The position numbers and the translations under genes are program-made. The notes beneath the pieces are model-generated. The model saw only the letters and a list, made by a program, of their open reading frames with translations. It ran no database searches and had not been told where the DNA came from. 64,000 nt of DNA from Candidatus Nomurabacteria bacterium (lineage in GTDB: Bacteria > Patescibacteriota > Minisyncoccia > Phycocordibacterales > UBA9973). Of the stretch, positions 1 through 10,505 are shown piece after piece (position 1 is the first letter of the stretch; each line of letters starts with the position of its first letter). The DNA lies in NCBI GenBank assembly GCA_026396065.1, contig JAPLXO010000006.1:1525-65524 (forward strand), read 5' to 3'.

Positions 1-40
1 TAGCTTACTTAATAGGTTACGATCTTTTGGAAAAAGATAA

Positions 41-1066
41 TCAAAGACTAAACTTTGAAATATTATAAAGCTCAGCTTCATCTTCTTGTTCATCTGCTTT
101 AGAGCTGTCGTCGAGTGGTGTGCCCGTCTCTGATAAAATATCGCCTGATACAGGCGCTTCTGCAGAAGAAATTTCGTCAGAAATTTCTTCTGCTTTATTA
201 GCTATAAAATTCTCCATCATTTCTGTACCGTTTTTATTATTTTCTATTTTTCCTAGCATATCCAAAATACTTCGAAGATCATCTGAAGAAAAATAATCTA
301 TTTTAATTTGTCCACCATTTTCTTTTCTCTCAATATGTACGCGAGTACCGAGTTTTTCCTGAAATTCTTCTTCTAAGTCACTGATTTCTGGATCAGGCAT
401 AAATTCTTTCTTGCGAACTCTGTCATAAGCAATCTTACGAGCAATTTTTTCTGCTTCACGCACTGTGAGCTTCTTATATAAAATTTCCTTAAATAAAACT
501 ATCTGCTCTTCTGGTCTATCAGCGAGCATGAGTATTGGGCGTGTATGCCCTTCTGAAATTTTTCCTTCAGACAAAGCATTCAAAATTTCTTCAGGTAAAG
601 TCAAAATACGCAAAGTATTGGAAACATGTTCACGACTTTTTCCGACTTTCATACCCACTTGTGCATGAGTAAATTTAAATTCTTCAATCAAACGAAAAAA
701 GGCTCGAGCACGATCGACAGAATTTAAATCTTCACGTTGTAAGTTTTCAATAATAGCGAGTTCGAGTTTCATCATAGAAGTATCACCTACACGAATGATA
801 GTAGGTACTTGGGATACTCCGGCTAACTTCGAAGCACGAAGTCGGCGTTCACCTGCAATGAGCTCGTATTCAGTGACTAACCCTCCATCTTCTTTTTCTA
901 CTTCAACACGAGAAACTGTAAGAGGTTGAAGTACTCCATATTGGCGAATAGAATCAGCGAGGTCACGAAGTCTTGCATCATCGAATTCTCGGCGTGGTTG
1001 ATATGGGTTTGGTTTGATTTTATCGACATCAACCCAGAAAATTGAATTGGAATATAAATTGGACAT
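41..1066 (-). CDS. parB: Chromosome partitioning protein ParB/Spo0J
   Basis: 341 aa ORF; ParB-box motif LIAGERRLRAS with conserved flanking residues and a C-terminal acidic tail. Confidence 0.85.
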   Translation of the reverse strand: MSNLYSNSIFWVDVDKIKPNPYQPRREFDDARLRDLADSIRQYGVLQPLTVSRVEVEKEDGGLVTEYELIAGERRLRASKLAGVSQVPTIIRVGDTSMMKLELAIIENLQREDLNSVDRARAFFRLIEEFKFTHAQVGMKVGKSREHVSNTLRILTLPEEILNALSEGKISEGHTRPILMLADRPEEQIVLFKEILYKKLTVREAEKIARKIAYDRVRKKEFMPDPEISDLEEEFQEKLGTRVHIERKENGGQIKIDYFSSDDLRSILDMLGKIENNKNGTEMMENFIANKAEEISDEISSAEAPVSGDILSETGTPLDDSSKADEQEDEAELYNISKFSL

Positions 1067-1153
1067 AAACCTATTCTAACATATTAGAAAATATTTATTA
1101 TATTGATTAAAGTACTGTTATTGTGTAAAATGTGTGAATTGCCTGGAATATTT

Positions 1154-1236
1154 GGCAATTGCCCCCGATCGCCTGTTCGCTTTGCTGACATCGGCGATTC
1201 TGAACTGATTGGGGGCAAAACAAAGCACTTTGTTTT
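1154..1236 (+). other. GC-rich nested inverted-repeat element plus 9-bp hairpin immediately upstream of tRNA-Leu
   Basis: 10-bp palindrome GGCAATTGCC; outer stem TTGCCCCC(1159-1166)/GGGGGCAA(1211-1218) enclosing inner stem GATCGCC/GGCGATC; then AAAACAAAG-ca-CTTTGTTTT hairpin ending at 1236. Confidence 0.4.
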
Positions 1237-1318
1237 GCCCGGGTGGCGGAATTGGTAGACGCGCACGACTCAAAATCGTGTCTCGTAAGGGGTGAGAGTT
1301 CGATTCTCTCCCCGGGCA
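1237..1318 (+). tRNA. tRNA-Leu (anticodon CAA)
   Basis: Cloverleaf by eye: acceptor GCCCGGG/CCCGGGC, anticodon loop CTCAAAA, long variable arm, T-loop GTTCGATTC. Confidence 0.85.
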
Positions 1319-1321
1319 CAT

Positions 1322-2644
1322 ATGAAAAAAATAAATACAACAATTAATTTTGAAATAAATGGAGGAAATAAACTTCATGGTTCTATTGCTACAAATGCTT
1401 CCAAAAATGGTTCCGTTGGTCTTTTGTGTGCATCTCTATTAAATAAAGGCAAAACGACACTACACAACATTGCACGAATAGAAGAAGTAAACAGAGTTAT
1501 AGAAGTATTAGAAAGTATTGGTGTAAAAATAAAATGGATCGGTCCTCAAAGTCTAATAATTACCCCACCAAAAAAATTCAAAATAGAAAATTTAGATTCA
1601 GAATCTGCTGTAAAAACAAGAAGTATTATAATGTTTGCGGGACCATTAATTCATTATTTAAAAAAATTCTCTCTACCACATGCGCAAGGGTGTAAACTAG
1701 GTAAAAGAACAGTTTCTGCTCATATTTATGGACTTCAAGAATTGGGAGTGAAAATAAAAGTTACTAATCAAAATTATGAAATCGATAGTGATAAACTAAA
1801 ACCTACAGAAATAATTATGTACGAATCTGGAGACACAGCTTGTGAAAATTTACTCACTGCGGCATCTCTTGTAGAAGGAAAAACAACAATTAAATTTACT
1901 ACTGCAAATTATATGGTACAAGAAATTTGTTTTTTCTTGGAACACTTAGGAGTAAAAATTGATGGCATTGGTTCTACTACTTTGACTATCCATGGAATAA
2001 AAGAAATAAATAAAGATATTGAATATTATAATAGTGAAGACCCGATAGAATCTATGATGTGGATCACTTCTGCTATTGCAACAAACTCTACTCTTGAAAT
2101 ACAAAAATGCCCAATAGATTTTTTGGAATTGGAATTATATAAATTAAAAAAAATGGGTTTGAAATATAAAATTTTAAAAAATTATAAGTCTAAAAACTCT
2201 CGCACAAATCTCGCAGATATAAAAATATTACCTTCAAAGTTGAAAGCATTGGAAGATAAAATAGAGGCTCGCCCTTATCCAGGGTTAAATATAGACAATT
2301 TACCATTTTTTGGCCTCATTGCTGCATGTGCAAAAGGTACTACCTTGATACATGATTGGGTTTATGAAAATAGAGCAATATATTTAACAGAATTAAATCG
2401 CCTAGGAGCTACTGTTCTTCTAGCTGACCCACACCGTGTATATATAGAAGGTCCAACTCAATTTAAACCTGCACAAATAGTTTGCCCGCCAGCACTTCGT
2501 CCTTCTGTGGTAATAATGCTTGCAATGCTTTCAGCGAAAGGTAAATCCATGTTGCGTAATGTATATATGATAAATCGTGGTTATGAAGATATCGTAAAAA
2601 GATTTCGCACTATTGGTGCAGACATAAAAGAAGTGCGTGACTAA
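1322..2644 (+). CDS. murA: UDP-N-acetylglucosamine 1-carboxyvinyltransferase MurA
   Basis: N-terminal GxxLxGxxxxxxSKNxxLxLLxASLL pattern; catalytic Cys in HAQGCKLGKRTV loop; start moved to the ATG at 1322 because the track ORF (1292) overlaps tRNA-Leu. Confidence 0.85.
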   Translation: MKKINTTINFEINGGNKLHGSIATNASKNGSVGLLCASLLNKGKTTLHNIARIEEVNRVIEVLESIGVKIKWIGPQSLIITPPKKFKIENLDSESAVKTRSIIMFAGPLIHYLKKFSLPHAQGCKLGKRTVSAHIYGLQELGVKIKVTNQNYEIDSDKLKPTEIIMYESGDTACENLLTAASLVEGKTTIKFTTANYMVQEICFFLEHLGVKIDGIGSTTLTIHGIKEINKDIEYYNSEDPIESMMWITSAIATNSTLEIQKCPIDFLELELYKLKKMGLKYKILKNYKSKNSRTNLADIKILPSKLKALEDKIEARPYPGLNIDNLPFFGLIAACAKGTTLIHDWVYENRAIYLTELNRLGATVLLADPHRVYIEGPTQFKPAQIVCPPALRPSVVIMLAMLSAKGKSMLRNVYMINRGYEDIVKRFRTIGADIKEVRD

Positions 2645-2651
2645 TTTAGAT

Positions 2652-3554
2652 ATGCAAAAAGAAAAAGTAATTGTCATTCTCGGGCAAACAGCTACAGGTA
2701 AAAGTAATTTTGCTGTAAAAATTGCAAAGCAAATTAATGGTGAAATAATTTCTGCTGACTCAAGGCAAATATATAAAGGTCTTGAAATTGGTTCTGGAAA
2801 AGTCACAGAGCGTGAAATGAAAGGTATACCTCATCACATACTAGACTTTGTAAATCCTAAGAAAAAATTCACAGTAGCACAATACAAAACTCTCGCTGAT
2901 AAAAAAATTAAAGAAATATTATTTAAAGGTAAAACTCCAATCGTTTGCGGTGGTACAGGATTTTACATCGATGCTGTGGTGAATAACATAGTTCTACCAG
3001 AGGTGAAACCAAATCTGAAACTTCGAAAAGAATTAGAAAAGAAATCAGCTGTCGAGCTTTTTAAGATACTTAAAAAGCTCGACAGCACACGTGCAAAAAA
3101 TATCGATGCGAAGAACAAGGTCCGTCTAATTCGTGCTATAGAAATAGCTCAAACTATCGGTAAAGTGCCAAAAATAAAAAAGTCCCCTGCCTTGTATAAT
3201 TTTACAAAAATAGGACTCTACGCTCCAAATGATTTTCTAGAAAATAAAATAACTAAACGCATTAAAAAAATGTTTGATAAAAAAAATAATGGTGGACTCG
3301 TAAATGAAGTAAAAAAACTTAAAAAATCTGGTCTTTCAGATAAAAGAATTACTGAGCTTGGTTTTGAATATTTCTACCCTCTCCTATTTATAAATAAAAA
3401 AATCACAGAGCATGAAATGATAGAGCGGACTATTTTAGGTAATATTCAATACGCTAAACGCCAAATGACGTGGTTCAAACGCGACCCAGAAATACAATGG
3501 ATTAATGTCAGCGAGCCTTTTAGCATAGAGAAAGTTAAAAAATCCAATAATTAA
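2652..3554 (+). CDS. miaA: tRNA dimethylallyltransferase MiaA
   Basis: P-loop ILGQTATGKS followed by EIISADSRQIYKGLEIGSGK, typical of MiaA; the track uses an alternative GTG start at 2637. Confidence 0.85.
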   Translation: MQKEKVIVILGQTATGKSNFAVKIAKQINGEIISADSRQIYKGLEIGSGKVTEREMKGIPHHILDFVNPKKKFTVAQYKTLADKKIKEILFKGKTPIVCGGTGFYIDAVVNNIVLPEVKPNLKLRKELEKKSAVELFKILKKLDSTRAKNIDAKNKVRLIRAIEIAQTIGKVPKIKKSPALYNFTKIGLYAPNDFLENKITKRIKKMFDKKNNGGLVNEVKKLKKSGLSDKRITELGFEYFYPLLFINKKITEHEMIERTILGNIQYAKRQMTWFKRDPEIQWINVSEPFSIEKVKKSNN

Positions 3555-3783
3555 TTACTCCCCACAGTAAAACAAGTGTGATAATAAGAGTATTAATAAA
3601 AATACCAATTTGGTTTGCATTTTTCCAAGCTTTGTAAGAACTATAAATCCAAAATACTTGGGATACCAAATTAAAAACTAGACCATATTGAGGAAGTTTT
3701 AATGAAGTAAGTAAAAATCCCAATAACGTAAAAAGAACTAAGCCAATTTGAGCGAAATTATTAATAGTGAAATTTTTTTTCAT
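3535..3783 (-). CDS. small hypothetical membrane protein (2 TM)
   Basis: 82 aa, two hydrophobic helices; no recognisable motif. Confidence 0.35.
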   Translation of the reverse strand: MKKNFTINNFAQIGLVLFTLLGFLLTSLKLPQYGLVFNLVSQVFWIYSSYKAWKNANQIGIFINTLIITLVLLWGVINYWIF

Positions 3784-3895
3784 ATAATTTTTATTTCTTA
3801 TTGTCTTTTATGCGCTACACCTTAATCCATAACAGATACAAGCTATTATAGCTTATTTCTTGCTTTTTTAACACTTTTATATTAGTATTGAACAC

Positions 3896-4054
3896 ATGTC
3901 ACAAGATAGACTAATAAAACTTGCGTGCGGGACTTGCAAACGAATAAATTACTGGTCCAGTAAGAACAAAAAACTCGTCACAAAAAAGATCGAGCTCAAT
4001 AAATTTTGTCGTTGGTGCCGTAAAGGAACTAAACATAAAGAAATTAAGAAGTAA
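3896..4054 (+). CDS. rpmG: 50S ribosomal protein L33
   Basis: 52 aa ORF absent from the ORF track (below its length cutoff): MSQDRLIKLACGTCKRINYW...ELNKFCRWCRKGTKHKEIKK with the L33 zinc-ribbon CxxC...CxxC; lies upstream of tRNA-Trp as in the conserved rpmG-tRNATrp arrangement. Confidence 0.8.
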   Translation: MSQDRLIKLACGTCKRINYWSSKNKKLVTKKIELNKFCRWCRKGTKHKEIKK

Positions 4055-4210
4055 TTTTCTCATTTCTAAACCTTTATGTTATACTTGTTTTGGCAGTAAA
4101 AGTTTACTGCTTGTTCTTTATATTTAGGTTATATCTTCGGGTATTTCCTATTAAGGACGTAACAATTATTTATTCTTATGTCCTCACCCTCCCCGTTTTA
4201 CGGGGAGCGT

Positions 4211-4281
4211 GGGCGATTAGTTTAGTGGTAGAACGAAGGTCTCCAAAACCTTTGGTGGGGGTTCGATTCCCTCATCGCCCG
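4211..4281 (+). tRNA. tRNA-Trp (anticodon CCA)
   Basis: Acceptor GGGCGAT/ATCGCCC, anticodon stem AAGGT/ACCTT with loop CTCCAAA, T-loop GTTCGATTC. Confidence 0.85.
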
Positions 4282-4285
4282 CAAT

Positions 4286-4324
4286 GATACGAAAAGAGAG
4301 CCTGAATGGCTCTCTTTTCGTATC
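4286..4324 (+). other. perfect 17-bp stem-loop directly 3' of tRNA-Trp
   Basis: GATACGAAAAGAGAGCC-tgaat-GGCTCTCTTTTCGTATC; no T-run follows, so it is not a canonical terminator. Confidence 0.6.
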
Positions 4325-4330
4325 ATCATT

Positions 4331-4427
4331 GAGTGGCTATTAGGGAAGCGAAAGCCGGAGCGCGTCGGCGCGAGGCGGGGTAGCGGAATTTTTCAGCAGA
4401 AAAATATCCGTGACCGATTCCCTAATC
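4331..4427 (+). repeat. tRNA-associated GC-rich structured repeat, copy A (candidate ncRNA)
   Basis: Closed by 9-bp stem ATTAGGGAA(4339-47)/TTCCCTAAT(4418-26); core GCCGGAGCGCGTCGGCGCGAGGC (4354-4376) and AT hairpin ATTTTTC-agca-GAAAAAT (4388-4405); ~90% identical over ~55 nt to copy B at 48823-48876. Confidence 0.5.
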
Positions 4428-4452
4428 TTTAAAGCTTTAGTATAATTAAATT

Positions 4453-4794
4453 ATGAAAAAATTTAAGATTATCAATATTAAAGATGTTCCCTTAGAAGGA
4501 ACACACGATCTTCCTAATTCACGAAAAACATTAGCAACTTCAGAAGATGTAGAAACAAACAATCTCGATGCTTTAACAAAAGGATTTCTTGAAAAAGGAA
4601 AGATATGGGATTGGCATAATCATGCTGGTCACGATGAATTTTGTATTGTTCTTAAAGGAAAAGGTGAATTTCATTGGGAATATGAAATGTCAGAATATAA
4701 ATTAGAAGATGTAATAATCATTCCAGCAAAGGGTAAACACAAGATAGTGGCAATTGAGGATTCCGAGTTTTATTTTGTCCGAATTGCAATTTGA
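4453..4794 (+). CDS. cupin-domain protein
   Basis: 113 aa; HNHAGHDEFCIVLKGKGEF and IIIPAKGKHKIVA resemble the two cupin beta-barrel motifs. Confidence 0.55.
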   Translation: MKKFKIINIKDVPLEGTHDLPNSRKTLATSEDVETNNLDALTKGFLEKGKIWDWHNHAGHDEFCIVLKGKGEFHWEYEMSEYKLEDVIIIPAKGKHKIVAIEDSEFYFVRIAI

Positions 4795-5022
4795 TTATTT
4801 TAATCCTTACTCCACAACAACTCAGTTCCAACAGCCAATACAATACCCGTATCTATTGCTTTTTAAGCTAAAATATTGTAATATAAAAATAATTTTGTAC
4901 TTTGAAAGTATGTTTTTTATTTGTAAAAAAATACAAGATTGGTATTTTGGACGTTATTATTTTAATTTCTAAAATATCGGTCTTGTATAACATGTAAAAT
5001 TTCCGATATAAAAAAATAAAAA

Positions 5023-5358
5023 ATGTCAGTAGGTATAGATTTATTCAGAACAGGTAGTGATATCAATATAAAAGTAGTTAATCTTGATGATATCACTCTA
5101 AACAAAAAGGATTTCGAAGCTCTTTTAGGTGTAACACTATTAGCAACGCCAATGGCACAATTTTACTTTGAAACTGTTGGTGAAGCAAAAGTTCCACACG
5201 GTGAAGCACTTGGTGGAAAACATCATTATTCATTTAAAGTACAAGAAGCAGTAAATGCTTTAGAAAAAGAAGGAAAAGATTCTAGTTTATGGAAAAAACT
5301 CGACCCAAAGCTAGAAGCACTTCTTATTGCTTCTGCCTGTGAAGTACAAACAAATTAA
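5023..5358 (+). CDS. hypothetical protein
   Basis: 111 aa ORF with a terminator just downstream; no recognisable motif. Confidence 0.35.
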   Translation: MSVGIDLFRTGSDINIKVVNLDDITLNKKDFEALLGVTLLATPMAQFYFETVGEAKVPHGEALGGKHHYSFKVQEAVNALEKEGKDSSLWKKLDPKLEALLIASACEVQTN

Positions 5359-5384
5359 TTGGCAAGAAAAAATCTTACCAAAAC

Positions 5385-5419
5385 AAAAAGCCAATTCCGA
5401 ACTCGGAATTGGCTTTTTT
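5385..5419. terminator. bidirectional rho-independent terminator
   Basis: AAAAAGCCAATTCCG-aact-CGGAATTGGCTTTTTT sits between convergent genes. Confidence 0.65.
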
Positions 5420-6560
5420 AAATAACAACCCTTGGTAGTAACGCACTCAAATGAGCTACTACTTCATAATTAATTGTTCCAATTTTTTCGGCAAGATCTT
5501 CTGCAGTTATTTCTAGTTTATTTTGCTTACCAATAATTACAACTTTATCTTCGGCACAGAGATCTTTGAGATGATTTACATCAACAACAAACATATTCAT
5601 CATAACGCGGCCGAGTATTTTACATCGTGTTCCACCAATAAGCACTTCCCCTTTATTTGAAAGTCTACGATCAAGACCGTCCGCATATCCTTGTGGAATC
5701 ACCGCGACCTTAGTTTCTTTTTTTGTTTTATAAGTAAGTCCATAGCCAACAGTACTTCCCTTTGAGAGTGTTTTTACTTGTGCAATTTTTGTTTTCCAAG
5801 AAAGCACTGGGAGTAAATTGAATTTTGGATGAATCTTTTTAAAAGTATTTTTTAATTCTTCTGATGGCCATAAACCATACAAACCGATACCGATCCGAAC
5901 AAGTGGATGTGCGTTCTCTTTTATTTCATAAGCCATCACACCTGAAGTAGCCGAGATGTGTGTTTGCAGGTTTTTGAAACCATATTCCTTTGCCAAATTC
6001 ACCGCCATACGATGTGTAGCAATTTGCTTATTTGCATGAGAAAAATCCGTAGTATCTTCTATGTTTGCAAAATGTGCATATATGCCAGTCAATTTTATAT
6101 ATTTTGATTTTTTTATTTCTGTAAATATTTCTGGTAGTTCAGTAAACAAAACCCCCTCTCGTCCAAGGTGCGCATCGACAGCCAAATGCACCTCTTGCAC
6201 TTTGTTAAGTTTTTTTCCGATAGCAGAGATGTTTAACAAATGCTCTCGTGAAAAAACTGATAGTACACAATCGAGCTTCATAGCTTTTGCCAAATCACTT
6301 TCCATAACATAACCCAAAACAAAAGTTTTCTTTTTTGTTTGTTTACGGAGCATTTCTAATTCTTCAAAACTATTTATCATAAAAGCATCAGTATATGATG
6401 CTAAAATATCTATAACTTCCTTTTGCCCATGACCGTATGCATTTGCCTTAATCGCAGAAATTATTTGTGTCTCTTTTTTCACCAAACTTCTAAATTGCTT
6501 AATATTGTGTATTAAGTTTTCTTTCGATATTTCTATATGTGATAAATAATTATTTTTCAT
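5418..6560 (-). CDS. alr: alanine racemase
   Basis: PLP-lysine motif AIKANAYGHG near the N-terminus; length 380 aa. Confidence 0.85.
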   Translation of the reverse strand: MKNNYLSHIEISKENLIHNIKQFRSLVKKETQIISAIKANAYGHGQKEVIDILASYTDAFMINSFEELEMLRKQTKKKTFVLGYVMESDLAKAMKLDCVLSVFSREHLLNISAIGKKLNKVQEVHLAVDAHLGREGVLFTELPEIFTEIKKSKYIKLTGIYAHFANIEDTTDFSHANKQIATHRMAVNLAKEYGFKNLQTHISATSGVMAYEIKENAHPLVRIGIGLYGLWPSEELKNTFKKIHPKFNLLPVLSWKTKIAQVKTLSKGSTVGYGLTYKTKKETKVAVIPQGYADGLDRRLSNKGEVLIGGTRCKILGRVMMNMFVVDVNHLKDLCAEDKVVIIGKQNKLEITAEDLAEKIGTINYEVVAHLSALLPRVVI

Positions 6561-6762
6561 TAGTATCCTTTATTTTATAGAGTAAAAAGTTAAAAGTCAA
6601 AATAGATGAGAGCTATTGAAAATTTAGATTAAGTATGGTAATGTGTGAAAAAGTAAAGTACCTTGAAAAAATGATTTTTATAGTTTTTGTTAGTTAATTT
6701 TCCGAGTTCCATATTTGGGCTTCAGAAAATTAACTAATACTAACAAAATAAAAAAACAAAAG

Positions 6763-7611
6763 ATGAAAAAAATAATTCTAACATTAGGTACCGTGATCAT
6801 GATCATTGGTGCTACGTTTGCAGATGATGTACACAAAAACACAGAACAAAAAGGTAAAGTAATAATTATCTACAATCTTCCATTGCCTGATAGTACAAAA
6901 GATGCAATGCAAGAAATAATAACAAAGTACAACAAAAGTTTTCCTTTAAATGACACACTGAGAATAGATTCAATGCCTTTGTTATATGAAGGTCAAAATT
7001 TTCAAGAAGTGGGTCCTGTTTTTGGAAAACCTGGAGGATTACTAATAGACAACGAACAATTACAAAAACTAAACTCAAGGGAAGTAAAAAGTTTTATAGC
7101 CGGTCAATTATTCCAAACATTAAGCCCAGTGGAGATTGATACTATTTTTACAAACTTTGAATTAGACTCAGGCATGACTGCAATTGGTTTTTCTGGACTA
7201 GCTACGCAAATTCACATTTCTAATTTTATAAGCTTTCTTACCCCAATGGAAACTGGAGCTGCGGAAGCATTCGCAAGAAAAGTATGTAAGGGATTTTATG
7301 TTGAAAGAGATTTAGATAGTTCCTATTTTAGATTAGGACATCTTATGACTTTTATCTTAGGTAATGGTTGGTTAACTGCAAAAGACTTAATTGATGCAGA
7401 AAAAACTAATAATGTACCAAGAATTGTCTCTTTGATATTAAAAAAGGAAGTTGAAAAAATTGATACAGATGATATCTATCTTATAATTAAATTATTTGAT
7501 GATATTTGTTTTAGTAAGAAAGAAGAATCATTGCAAGATTTACAATATGTATTTGAAGAAAGAAAAAAAAATGGAGATAATACTCCATACACAATTAAAT
7601 TAAAGAAATAA
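6763..7611 (+). CDS. hypothetical secreted protein
   Basis: Signal peptide MKKIILTLGTVIMIIGATFA; the track ORF starts at 6715, but the internal Met followed by the signal peptide is more plausible. Confidence 0.4.
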   Translation: MKKIILTLGTVIMIIGATFADDVHKNTEQKGKVIIIYNLPLPDSTKDAMQEIITKYNKSFPLNDTLRIDSMPLLYEGQNFQEVGPVFGKPGGLLIDNEQLQKLNSREVKSFIAGQLFQTLSPVEIDTIFTNFELDSGMTAIGFSGLATQIHISNFISFLTPMETGAAEAFARKVCKGFYVERDLDSSYFRLGHLMTFILGNGWLTAKDLIDAEKTNNVPRIVSLILKKEVEKIDTDDIYLIIKLFDDICFSKKEESLQDLQYVFEERKKNGDNTPYTIKLKK

Positions 7612-7653
7612 AAAAAGTCGTTCTTGGGTTTTCACTTAAGAACGACTTTTTTG
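7611..7653. terminator. bidirectional terminator
   Basis: AAAAAAGTCGTTCTT-(12 nt)-AAGAACGACTTTTTT between the 6715 ORF and tRNA-Tyr. Confidence 0.65.
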
Positions 7654-7657
7654 TTTG

Positions 7658-7740
7658 TGCGTCGGGAAGGATTCGAACCTTCGTAGACCGAAGTCGACAG
7701 ATTTACAGTCTGTTGTGATTGACCACTCCACCACCGACGC
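7658..7740 (-). tRNA. tRNA-Tyr (anticodon GTA)
   Basis: Reverse complement folds as acceptor GCGTCGG, anticodon loop CTGTAAA and long variable arm CGACTTCGGTCTAC; 83 nt. Confidence 0.85.
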
Positions 7741-7798
7741 GTAAATATAAAATAGCATAAAATGTCTTTTTTTGCATCTTTTGTATATTTTATTTTAC

Positions 7799-10459
7799 TT
7801 ATTTTTTCTCTACTTTGGCTTTTGATATAAAAGGACTTTTAATTTTTCCTTTTTTAGTTTCGATGAGTAGTTCGTTGTTTTTTACAGTTACAAAAACCTT
7901 ATCTCCTTTCTTAACACCTTTGGAAATAATATATGTCGCTACAGGATTAAGTATTTTTGTTTGAATAAGTCTATTTATAGGACGTGCACCGAAATGTGGA
8001 TCATAGCCTTCTTTTGCTAGATAATCTAATGCTTGCTCTGAAATTTCAAAACCAATTTCTTTTGCTTTCAATCTCTCAGCAACAACTTGAATTCTCAAAT
8101 TTACAATCTCGCGAATTGCTTCTGGAGATAAAATATCAAAAACAATAGTTTCATCTAGGCGATTCAAGAATTCTGGAGAAAAATGATCTTTCAAACTTTC
8201 CATTACCTTGTCTTTTGTTTGAGAATAATTTTCTACAGCAGAATTATTTGAGAATCCGATTGATTCCATTTTCTCTACAAATTGTGAACCGATATTTGAA
8301 GTGAGGATAATAATTGTGTTTTTAAAATTCACAATCCTACCCTTTCCATCTGTAAGGCGTCCTTCATCTAGAACTTGTAAAAGCATATTGAAAACTTCTG
8401 GATGAGCTTTTTCAATTTCATCAAAAAGAATCACAGAGTAGGGACGATGACGAACTGATTCTGTGAGCTGTCCAGCTTCTTCATAGCCGACGTATCCTGG
8501 TGGAGAACCTATAAGCTTTGAGACACTATGTCTCTCCATGAATTCCGACATATCTACGCGAATCAAAGCTTTATCATCGTTAAACATAAATTGAGCTAAA
8601 GACTTCGTAAGCTCTGTCTTTCCGACACCAGTAGGACCAAGAAATATAAAAGAGCCAATTGGTCTGTTTGGATCTGAAATACCAGCGCGGGAACGGCGTA
8701 TAACGTCTGCTACGCGAGTAATTGCTTCCTTTTGACCGACTACGCGTTTCGCCAATTCTTCTTCCATTCTGGCTAATTTTGCACGCTCCTCTTCAAGCAT
8801 TTTCATGAGTGGAATTCCTGTCCAACGAGCGACTACTTCTGCTATATCTTCAGCTGTAATTTCTTCTTTCAATATTCGGCGAGATTTTTGTAATTTTTTT
8901 AAACGAAGTAATTTTACTTCCAATTCTTTTTTTAATTCTGGAATTTTTCCATAACGAATTTCGGCAGCACGAGAAAGATCTGCGCGCATTTCTGCATTCT
9001 CTGCTTCCACACGAAAAGTTTCCAATTCTTTTTTAATTGCACGAATTTCAACTACAGTTCCTTTTTCATTTTTCCATTTTAATTCAAGTTCTTTTGTTTT
9101 CTCTTGCAAATTGCCGATAGCATTATCAATTTCTTTCACGCGACTTTTTGGATCATTTTCTTTTTTTAAGGCCTCTTTTTCGATTTCTAAACGCATTATT
9201 TTTCTATGTGCATCTTCAAGTTCTTGAGGTTTATTTTCTAAGGCAATTTTAAGTGATGAAGAAGCTTCATCTATCAAGTCGATAGCTTTGTCAGGGAGAA
9301 ATCTGTTGGTGATATATCGCGCACTCAAATTCACCGCAGACAAAATAGCATCATCTGTAATACGTACACCATGGAAAAGTTCATATCTTTCTTTGAGTCC
9401 TCGAAGAATTGCAATTGCATCTTCGGTATTTGGCTCATCAACATATACAGGCTGAAAACGTCTAGCCAATGCTGGATCTTTTTCAATATGTTTTTGATAT
9501 TCTTTTAAAGTCGTCGCGCCAATAGCACGAAGCTCTCCACGAGAAAGAGCCGGCTTTAGCATATTTGAAGCATCAAGAGTTCCTTCTGCCCCTCCTGCGC
9601 CGACGATAGTGTGTATTTCGTCAATAAACAAAATAATTTTCCCTTCTGCTCTTTCTATTTCTTTCATTAATCCATTCAAACGTTCTTCGAATTCTCCTCG
9701 ATATTTTGTTCCAGCAATGAGCGAACCTAAATCAAGGGAAACAATTTCTTTATCACGAAGAGATTCAGAAACATCGCCTTTTGCAATCCTATTTGCTAAA
9801 CCTTCTACTACAGCAGTCTTTCCTGTGCCAGCTTCACCGATAAGTATTGGATTATTTTTTGTACGACGAGAAAGAATTTGCATTATGCGCATAATTTCTG
9901 TATCGCGACCAATCACAGGATCAAGCTTGTCTTCACGGGCAAGCTTAGTAAGATTACGGGTATATTTATTTAGTAATTTATTTTTCTTTGGAGTAGAGAC
10001 ACTACCTTCACCATTTACACGAAGATCTTCTAATACTTTCAAAACATTTTCTTTAAATATTTTAAAGCGAGACAAAATTTCTCTAGCTTCACCTTGAATT
10101 TCTAAAATTGCAATAAAAAGATGCTCAGTCGATACAAATTCATCTTTTAAGATTTCAGCAATTTTTGCAGATTGTTCTAAAGTAGATGCCATGTCTGGAG
10201 TAAGATATATTTGATATGCAGGAGAAAGAGTAGAACGAGTTTCAGGAATTTCTATAGCTTCTAAAACAGAGTCTGTTAAAAGCATTGTGTCGATTTCCAA
10301 TTTATCTAAAATAGAAAGAACAATACTTTCGTCTTGTAAAAGTAAAGATGACAATAGATGTAAAGAAGAAACATGGTTTTGGCCACGTTCAATAGCTAGC
10401 TCGTGTGCTTTTTTAATTGCCTCTTTAGCTTTAGTTGTAAAACGATTTAATGGTGGCAT
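7799..10459 (-). CDS. clpB: ATP-dependent chaperone ClpB
   Basis: 886 aa; Clp N-domain, two AAA+ modules (GEAGTGKTA and GPTGVGKTE Walker A) and a long middle coiled coil. Confidence 0.9.
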   Translation of the reverse strand: MPPLNRFTTKAKEAIKKAHELAIERGQNHVSSLHLLSSLLLQDESIVLSILDKLEIDTMLLTDSVLEAIEIPETRSTLSPAYQIYLTPDMASTLEQSAKIAEILKDEFVSTEHLFIAILEIQGEAREILSRFKIFKENVLKVLEDLRVNGEGSVSTPKKNKLLNKYTRNLTKLAREDKLDPVIGRDTEIMRIMQILSRRTKNNPILIGEAGTGKTAVVEGLANRIAKGDVSESLRDKEIVSLDLGSLIAGTKYRGEFEERLNGLMKEIERAEGKIILFIDEIHTIVGAGGAEGTLDASNMLKPALSRGELRAIGATTLKEYQKHIEKDPALARRFQPVYVDEPNTEDAIAILRGLKERYELFHGVRITDDAILSAVNLSARYITNRFLPDKAIDLIDEASSSLKIALENKPQELEDAHRKIMRLEIEKEALKKENDPKSRVKEIDNAIGNLQEKTKELELKWKNEKGTVVEIRAIKKELETFRVEAENAEMRADLSRAAEIRYGKIPELKKELEVKLLRLKKLQKSRRILKEEITAEDIAEVVARWTGIPLMKMLEEERAKLARMEEELAKRVVGQKEAITRVADVIRRSRAGISDPNRPIGSFIFLGPTGVGKTELTKSLAQFMFNDDKALIRVDMSEFMERHSVSKLIGSPPGYVGYEEAGQLTESVRHRPYSVILFDEIEKAHPEVFNMLLQVLDEGRLTDGKGRIVNFKNTIIILTSNIGSQFVEKMESIGFSNNSAVENYSQTKDKVMESLKDHFSPEFLNRLDETIVFDILSPEAIREIVNLRIQVVAERLKAKEIGFEISEQALDYLAKEGYDPHFGARPINRLIQTKILNPVATYIISKGVKKGDKVFVTVKNNELLIETKKGKIKSPFISKAKVEKK

Positions 10460-10505
10460 ATAAGTTTATATATTAAAGAATAACACTAATTAAAAATAAG
10501 TCAAG

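Noticed and set aside
1084-1378. Three overlapping minus-strand ORFs (60-86 aa)
   Set aside because: They overlap tRNA-Leu(CAA) and the GC-rich upstream element; the ORFs arise because GC-rich islands have few stop codons in this AT-rich genome
4090-4287. 65-aa ORF in the track
   Set aside because: Entirely overlaps tRNA-Trp (4211-4281) and its leader; spurious
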